64,000 bases of DNA from Amoebophrya sp. A120. Taxonomy: Eukaryota; Protista; Dinoflagellata. The position numbers and the translations under genes were made by a program. Within the stretch, counting starts at the first letter, position 1, and each line of letters opens with the position of its first letter. A model generated the notes under the pieces. That model did not search any database. It had not been told where the DNA came from and saw nothing but the letters and a program-made list of their open reading frames with translations. Of the stretch, positions 52,545 through 61,045 are shown piece after piece. The DNA is taken from the NCBI GenBank assembly GCA_905178155.1, contig CAJINV010000013.1:362344-426343 (forward strand). The letters run 5' to 3'.

Positions 52545-55500
52545 ATGGAAATGTTGGAGCACGATCTTGGAAATAAAAATCTTGTAGCGCAGCAGCCAGC
52601 TGCGAGCGCGACGATGAAGATCGGGGACGGATTTGGATGTGGCGTTCTTGAGCATGCAGCAGGAGAAGAGAATTATGCCAAAAATCAGGATGCCTTTCCT
52701 GCGGGAAACAACCCCTTCGTTCGAAGTGCTCTGCTGGAGAGCACGCCGCCCAGGAGTTCGTCCAATGCCGGGCCGACGCAGCAGATGACCACGACCCCGG
52801 AGCCGGGCGCGAGACTGGACGAGTCGGGTACTAGTTACGATCATCTGTATGTTGCTGCAGATGAAAACGAGGCGGAGGTGGACCACACGCGGGCAATGAA
52901 AACGCCGCAGAACATTAAAGACAGTGGTTTTGGTGGCGACAAAGATGATACGGTGGCACATCACAAGTCGAAGAGTTACGGAGTGGACGACCACGACGAG
53001 CTGGGGCCGCAACACCACCTGGATTTGTCAGAGCAGGACGGCGCCTCGCGACAGAGCAGGGCGAGCACCAGCAACAGCTGCAAAAACAGTCGTCATGAGG
53101 GACTGGGCACCTCGCTGAAAACCTGCAGTTCGTCAAAAAATTTGCTGAACACTTCCACGGAAATCACGACCACTTCGGTCTCGGACGGCGACGAAGAGCC
53201 GCCCAAGCTGCGGCTGTTGGGTAATAACACCCCGTCTCCGGCGAACATGGAAACTGAGTGCAGAGCTGCTAATAAACTACACCAGGGACGAGGACGAGCC
53301 CCTTTTCACAACGAGGGCACCAGCAGCTGCCACGAGCAGCCTGTCGAAGTTGGAGTTCTCGCAGGTCTACTTGGTAGAAACGGAGATCATATGAATGTTT
53401 TTAGCGAGCTGCAGGGTCCTCGTGACGTGGAGTTTCAAGAACGCGACCACGGCGCCGACGCGGCGACCACGGTTCGTAAAATGTCGTGCGACCTGTCGAC
53501 GCCGCGGTCGCAGAAAAGCACCGAGAAAACGCCTTGCTCGGTGTTGGAGGAGGTTCTCATGGCAACGAACAGGATGATAGTCGATGTTGTTGTGCCGCGA
53601 GATGAGGCTGGCGGTTCTACTGTTGATCCGCGGGCTGGTACCATGGATGTTGTTGAATCTCGTAGTACGCAGTCATTTGTTCCCGGCCCAACAAGTTGTA
53701 CTAGCCTCCCGCCGCAACGCCCGGCGGCCGCGCCGCTGGGCGGGTCGTGGTCCACTAATGCAACACGACCGGAAGCAGGAACGCAAGAGCAAATACTTTT
53801 ATCATGTGACAACAGTACAACTTTGTCTTCCACCTCAGTGCCGATGGAGCAGGACACAGACATTGCGGTTGATAACCACGGTGGTTGTGAGAAAAATATT
53901 GGCATTATTTCTACTACGGCATCTTCTTCAACCTCTGCGCTGGCAGCGGGAGGTTCTTCCGCTACCACGCCTGCAGCGACCGATCGTGTTATCGTGGGGG
54001 AGCTGATGGCACAGCCAAACTTGACCGAAGCCGTAGAGGAGCTCTTGGAGTTGAAGATCACCAAAGAGGACGCGGAAGAATTTTGCGAGCAGTACGGGTT
54101 CGACCCGCAAAAGATCACACCGGTGCTTACCATTCTTCCGCCCGGCGCGCTGCACGTGATTCAGGCCAGCAGCAAGTTCGAGCAACTGTTGCTGTCCGCG
54201 CAAAAGAAGACCTCGCTCTTCAAAATCGACACCAGCAAGGATGAGCTGCAGCAGCTAACCGCGCACTTTCTGCACCTGATCCGCGACTTTGTGCGCACCA
54301 ACGGCGACGAAAAAAAGTTCGTGGCGGACTGCGAAGCGGCGCGGTTTTGCTTCCTGGAGGAGATGGACTGGGAAAACATTGCCTACAACCTGCGCATGAA
54401 GTTTTTCTACGCCAGCAACCTGAAGCGGAAAGTCATCATGAGCAATTGGATGGAAACCAGCCTGAAGACGCTGCGGTCCTCGTCGCACGGAGGTGCAACG
54501 ACGTCGACGGGGGGGCCCCTCGAAGCCCTAAAAGCGCGGCGGAAGAAAATGCTTTCTGACAGCTCCTCCGCGTCGCGAAAGTCGACGCGGAGCTCGCTCG
54601 GGTCGCGAAGCCCGCCCGGAAATGCGGACGCGGCTGCGTCGTGTGGAGGCGGGGGTTCCGGAGCAAAAATGGTCAACCGCGGGCGGGACATTCTAGGTAC
54701 TTCTACCTTTTTCTTCGGGCTCTGATCTGTCCGAGATGAGTCTAATTGTGCTATGTATTGAAATACCCGTTCGATGTTTTTACTTCGGATTGCGTTTCTA
54801 CTTGCCAGGAACGAACTACATAAAAACTCAGAAATCGTCGAAGAGGAGGATTTGCTGCTGCTTTTGTGTGCTATCCCGCGCAAAGAAGTCATCCCCTTAC
54901 CACAGAAGGATAGCACAAGCAGACCTCTGTATAATTAAAATGACTTGGCCTGGACTCTTTAGTTCGGGTCATGGGCTACAAGTTGCATTTTTATTTCTGA
55001 TCGCATGGTCCTCGTGGTGTCTGTGAGGAGCTTTTTGCACAGGATACGCGAATACCGTGGGTTAACAGACGAGGCGAAACAGGCTTTGCGAAACGCCGTG
55101 CAACCCGTTCAGGCGGCGGTATGATTATTATCCAGCGTGCTAATATCGCTTTTTAGGCACAGAGACAACTTCTCTTTGACCTTTTTGATCTCGTCTCTAC
55201 CAGCCTAAGCCAGCTCTAGCCTTGTCAGTCTTCGATAGAACAGGTTCCGTTATTGTGGCCCTAACAAAATATTAAAGATAGCATGCAGATGCGGGCTGGA
55301 TAATTCATTGGAACATCTTCAGACTGCAAATTTCGAAATTATGATCCGGCGTACTGCTTCTTGCACTGCAAATATTAACTCAGCTGTGTATAATCAAGAG
55401 ACAAATAAACGAGGTAGTTACTTACAAAAATACCTGTGTGAGCATTAGCATTTACATTACCAGGTCCTGGGTTGTTACGAGGATTACAATTCGGAGCTGT

Positions 55501-58406
55501 ACCAGGACCTGCACGCCCGCGGCGGGTCCCCGGCGGCCGCGCCCAAAGGCCTGGGCATGACGCGACGTCCCCAGGTGGAGGATTCCTTCGAGAAGCGGTC
55601 GGAGGTGGTGCTCAAATTGGTGCACGACTTTGAAACCGGAGCAGGAGCGGCCATGTCGCTGGGGCCCCTCGGGGGTGGTCTTGGGGGGCACCAAGGGAAC
55701 ACCTTAGTGCTGCAGGCAGAGCAGTTTTTCCAGATGCACAACATCGACAAGTCGGCTATGGGATAGTTCTCACATGTCGCATTCTCAACTGTTGTACATG
55801 AATTTGTATTTGGTGCGCTGCAGAAATTATAGCAAAAGTAAGTAAGTAGGGCGTGCGCGACCTCTCGCGATGCAGGTTTGGCAAAGATTATTTCCATCCT
55901 GTTTGGGCCTTAAAAGATTTGTCATGCGAAGTAGCTGGATCGTGTCGGTGACAAATCCTGGTTGTGCGTGACAAAAAATCGTGCAACATTTGAGAATGTA
56001 AGTCTTGAAAATTCCCATATCGGCGCGGGACATCTTCTGGTCCAGCTCGGTGGAGGTGCAGCAGGCGGTGCTGCGCGCCGGCCCGCTGGTGGACGCCCGC
56101 AACACCTCGGCTGTGCTGGTGAAGCGCGTGAATTCCCTGAGTTCACAGCTGAACCTGGGCCCGCTGCACCATAGCCTCGTCGAGAACGGAAAAAACTCCG
56201 CTGTGTTTTCCAACAACAGTGCCCGCGGAGCGCTCGGCAACAGCATCACCGGCGCCGGAGACTACCCGTTCGGCAACAACAGCCTTGCTGCTGGTATGAA
56301 AGGGAGTGGCTCGTCCACCTTCGGCCACCTGAACGGGCTGTCTGGCGCTGGCAAGGGACAGGGAGGGACTTCTATGGGTCCTTTCCGAGGAGGACACGCC
56401 TCCCCTTTCCAGCAAGGCAAGAGTGGCACTGGCAACAGTTCTTGCGGTAATATTTCATCTTCACTGTCCGGCGGCGGAGGAGGTGGTGGCCCGCTGAGTA
56501 TCGCTTTGAGCGCTATGTTTGCGCCAGCCGGCAGTCCGCCCTGTTTATCATACAGAGAAAGCACGCTAGGAGGTCACATTTATGCAAAAGTAAACACATG
56601 GATTGTAGTTCTCTCTTGCATGGCGATGGCGTAAACACCGTGCTATGTGCCTGCATATGACCATAAATTTTTTTGCCTCTTTATTTTTGGATGACGAATG
56701 TGCCCTGGTACTGGTAGCTTTTTTCTCTCGGATACTCTTCGCCAGCCACGATGGCGGCTCCGTCGTGTGGTCAGCCATCGATGATGGGAGGACGGAACAA
56801 TAGTCTAGCCATGCTGCATATGGATTGTAAATGTGTGGGGGTCTGGAAAGAATGGTATTTTTGATGCTAAGAACGTTGACTTTCGATCAACACACAAAAT
56901 AACTGTATTGCATGAGCAGCAGGTTTTTTCTGCCCGGAGAAGGCATTTCTCTTCCAGGATAGGAAGGAGAAAGCCATCGCAAAACCTGTACTGCTAGAGC
57001 GTATAGCACAATAGACATCGTAAAAAAAAAAAAAATGCATGACAAGGTCAGCCAATCTTCGAGACCCAGACATATTTGCACTGGACATTGCAGGCCGAAG
57101 CGGCGCAGCAACAGACGCAGTTCCTAGCTTCTCCGAATCACCACCAGCACAGTTTGTCTCCAACGATGCCGATGCAGCAGCAGCAACAGAAATGTGCTTT
57201 CGGTGATAATTCGAATTCCACTTCTGCTTCCCCCGGTCAACATCATCTCGTCGTGCCAAACAGCAGTCCGCATTCGCACGCGTCTGGACCTCCACGGGCA
57301 ATATCCAATGCGGTCTCCGGAGGTGCTGGCCGTTCCTCCGTGTACAACAACCAAAATCGGCACACCAACTTCGGGGGGCACCTCCCTGGTCAACAGCAGC
57401 TGCATCAGCAGAACCACGGCAATGTGGGCACAGGACCGATGAACTCCTCGTCATACAATAATTTCCACCAGATGAACAATATGAACAACCAAAGGAACAA
57501 AAACAACTTGCAGAATTTCGGAAATATGAACAACTCCTCCGCCACGAACCATCTGTCGCTGGAACGCCAGATGTGGTACAACTCGCGCAACACATCGAAC
57601 TGCAACCAGCTGTGGAGCCCACCGTCGTCGCGCGAGAGCTCGCCGGCCCTCGGACCCGCGTCGGGGGGAGGGCTGTCTGGTGGTACTAGTAATGGGGGCT
57701 CCTGCAACGGCGGCTCCTTGGCGCCAGGAGGAGCGGCCTTGGGACGGACCAGCAGCTACAGCGCCACTCCGTTGCTGCCCCGGTCGCACTCGTCGCTCCC
57801 GGCTTATGGACCGTACAACCATCAAAATGGAGGTGCGACGAACAACCCGCAGTTCTTCAACATGCCTCGGTCTTCGCTCCAGGTGCCCTACAATGCCTCC
57901 TCTGCGGGTGGTGCTCTTGGACGGGGTGGAAATAGCAACGCGGAAGGAGCAGGAAAGCCGTGCTGGGAGACGTCGTTCGAAAAATCACTTCAGGAATGGC
58001 TGGATTCGGACAACAAAGCGTCTGCTGGAACAGGTAAGTGCTAATAGTACTGCTACTTGTTCTAACATGGGTAATTATGTCATGCAAGTTGGAGTTCGCC
58101 TTCTCGCACGCCATAAGATGCGAGCAAAGGGTTGCTTTTATTTGTTACTGCGTAAGGCTAAGGATCATGAGAACGACAAGTAGGATGAGCGAGCACAGGA
58201 ATCGTAATCATCTCACCGATCTTGTGCTTGTGAAATTTCCTCGCAATAGTAAGTTTCAGCTCGTCATTCTGTTGATTTTCCCTTGAACATTGAAATTATC
58301 CAAAACAGGCTCCTCATCTGCAGCTCGTTCGCATGTTGGCCAGGGTGGTGCTACGGAGGATGAAGATGCGCACAGCTGGGTGAGCAAATTGATCAGCGAA
58401 ATGTAG
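52545..58406 (+). CDS. Large multi-exon low-complexity protein with an Asn/Gln/Gly-rich C-terminal region
   Basis: 726-aa first exon. Downstream exons join through introns at 55757, 56546 and 56819 and a GT-AG intron at 58034-58308, ending at TAG 58404-58406. Junctions in 54690-55480 are not fully resolved. Confidence 0.7.
55757..56019. mobile_element. TA-TIR introner, 263 bp
   Basis: TATGGGA...CATTCTCAACTGTTGTAC / GTGCAACATTTGAGAATG...TCCCATA. Perfect TSD TCGGC. Removal gives IDKSA|RDIFWSS. Confidence 0.92.
56546..56734. mobile_element. TA-TIR introner, 189 bp
   Basis: TATCATACAGAGAAAGC / GCTTTTTTCTCTCGGATA. Flanks are CTGTT/CTCTT. The frame stays open after removing 194 nt. Confidence 0.75.
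56819..57087. mobile_element. TA-TIR introner, family B
   Basis: TATGGATTGTAAATGTG...GGGTCTGGAA / TTCGAGACCCAGACATATTTGCA. Flanks are CTGCA/TTGCA. Removal gives LAML|QAEAA. Confidence 0.85.
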
Positions 58407-60533
58407 TGAATGTTCAGTCCGCGAACATTCCGGCGGTAGATGAAATTTTATTCAAAGGAAAGCGCTCACGTAGAGGCTTCGCTTGCAGCGGCTAGCAGCA
58501 TCCTTGTCCGAAACTGGAACGGATAGTACGGAATAGTGGTTGGGTATAGTAATACAAAGTGCTAGTGCTAGGAAATGAAAAAGGAATGAAAGAAAAAAGA
58601 ACGATATATTTGTACGTAGACAAGAATACTATGATGTTGAAGCCACTGACACTTCGCCTCGAAAACGAAGCGAGAGTGTCAAGTTCAGCTTTTGGCGTAA
58701 TTCACAGGAGAGCGTCAGTTGTTTCTCTTGATTCTTGTACCCAAAACTGCTCCATAAGTGACCAACTTCTACTGGGATAAGGCCAGGGAAGTGTCACATG
58801 AAGAGCAACTAGTACTTCACAGATGTTGAAAAGATTTCCTATCCAGTTTCTACGGAGGAAGGGAACGTAAAAAAAATAATGCGCGGAAATATAAATCTAA
58901 AACTATCAATGACCTATCAATGACTGGCGAAACTAGTAAATCCAAGATTTACGGACAAAATATAGCGATCGTGGTTTTAGTTTCCAACGAAAAAAGAGCG
59001 CGTGCAGGGCCGGCCCGGATAATATGTTTCAAGAACAGTGATTGCTGGGGCGTCTCTTGCACTTTGTTTTGCACATCATCAAACTGATGATTTTTTTCAT
59101 GTATCAAAGAAATACAAACTATAAGATAACTATGTACAACTACTGCGATACTCTCCTCGATGTCTTCAGCATCCTCCACATGCCTTTTATCTCTTTTTCC
59201 CGGCAGCAACTTTTATCTGCTTCAACATTCGGACACTACACGGAAGTCCTTTGAAAATGCAACAACTTCTCCCAGTTGATTATGCTTGATATTGCCTTGC
59301 TTGTTTCATCCTCAGCAGTATTCAGCAGCCCTTTCCTCTTTTCTTTGACGCTATGGTGCTACCCTCGCTCCAGTTTGATTTTTGACCCTGTAATTAAAAA
59401 AGTACAAAAATGCGACTTACGTTCCTAGTATTACAAGATCGATAGGCAGCACAAATATTATCAACAAAGGCTCGAAAAAATGGCACTCCGCACCTTAACT
59501 AGCTTCTAGTGCCACACAAATACTAGGCACAGAATCACCGAAGATAGATCTGATAAACAGTAGAAGACAGCGAAGAAGGCTTGGTGAGCAGAATATGCAG
59601 ACAAGGACATTCTCTTCGATCTACTTTTAGATAAAACCAACTTTAGCAAGCCGGGCCGTTGAGGGGGGGGCGATAAAAATGGCTCTAGAATACGAGCTTC
59701 TCCAAGGTAGAATATGCACTCTAGAAAGAGATCGGGGAGACGAGGACTCGTCCGGGCACTTACTAACGCTGGACCTGAAGAAGGGTCGGAACAAAGCGGC
59801 ACATTATTCGCTTGATTTTTCTACTTTGGTTTTAAGTCGAGGTTTTTTGTATGCAGCTTCGTGCCGCCCGGGTGGAAGAACTGGCTGTTGACAATCGACG
59901 ACTCCGCTCGAGTTCTTGCATCCTGTCGATAATAAATGAGTCTGCGAAGCTGGTGCAGTGCAAAAATAGATACAAGTGATAAAACCAGGGAAGCGAAGGA
60001 ACTGACGGACATGGTTTGACAAGCCTCTCTCTAGTTATTGGTTGGTTTTTCAACGAAGACGAGTATCACGACCGCCGGCCGCGTGCAGTAGGTACTTACC
60101 ACCAACAAATGAACGAAGACGCCACTTTTGATCTGGGCTGTACAGCCGTGCAGTGTTGGCTGTGTCGCAGCGCTCGCTGTGCTATTGAGAATCTTCCGAT
60201 GCGACGGAGAGTTTTCGAGATGGTGCTCCTTGCTCGGATGATAACAAATGAACCGACGAAATGAAAACTGCTGAGCTGGTTATGTTTTTAGGATTTTGCT
60301 TTGGTAGAACTTATTTCTTGATAGAGGATTGAAGGGCAAAGCCGAACTTCGACTTCCTCCACTGTTCGCCGATATCGTCGCACGAACCAAAGAACTCTCA
60401 CTCAAAATGATCAAGTGGAGCTCATGCTCGTCTGTGAAAGTCACTTGGATCTGGATCGGATTTCTCTCCGTCTTGCCCAGATACCTCACTGTTGGACACT
60501 CGTCCATAGCCGCATAGACCTACATTGCTGGAT

Positions 60534-61022
60534 ACTTATTTAATTCCATTTAAGCTTTTCAGGGTTTAATGGGTTTTAGGGTTGTTATTGTTTAGGGTTC
60601 CTAGTTTGAACTTATTTAATTCCATTTAAGAAAAGTTGTTTAAGAAGAATTTCTCTTCAGAAAGAAAGTGCTTTTCTTTAAGAAGAAATTTAGCGTTTGT
60701 GTTAGCAGACCCGCAACAATCCACGACGAGGAACACAAATTGACTCTAAGTGTGCAAGAATCTAGTATGTATCACCACCGCAGTGGACTTTATCCAGCGA
60801 GTACCAAAGGTACTTGACAGCCTGAAAACAGCATGAGAAAGCATGAAAATCATTTGTCATCACTTGGTGAATGTGCACCAAGCCAGTGTAGAGAATCCAG
60901 ATGATCATGTCATTTCAGATCGTGCATTTGTCAAGTCATTTCATCTCGATTCAGGGTGGTAATGTGGATCGATGCAGATTTACATTCTGATCTCACCTAC
61001 AGTTTGTTTAATTCCATTTAAG
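60534..61022. repeat. Three direct repeats (ACTTA)TTTAATTCCATTTAAG, the first two enclosing degenerate TTTAGGG-like repeats
   Basis: 21-bp copies at 60534-60554 and 60610-60630, and a 16-bp core at 61007-61022. TTCAGGG, TTAATGGG, TTTAGGG and TTTAGGG lie in 60555-60600. Confidence 0.85.
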
Positions 61023-61045
61023 AGGACGCGGTGCTCTCGCGGCCG

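Noticed and set aside
1066-58406. Stop-codon reassignment, reported in one Amoebophrya lineage, as the cause of broken ORFs
   Set aside because: Stops fall inside segments that behave as introns, and spliced exons and 700-985 aa ORFs are open under the standard code.
58420-60520. Gene or transposase in the region before the repeat module
   Set aside because: Only short ORFs without recognisable motifs; no autonomous transposase for the introners was found in this window.
60534-61022. CRISPR-like array
   Set aside because: Only three repeats, spacers of 55 and ~376 bp, eukaryotic context and no cas genes.
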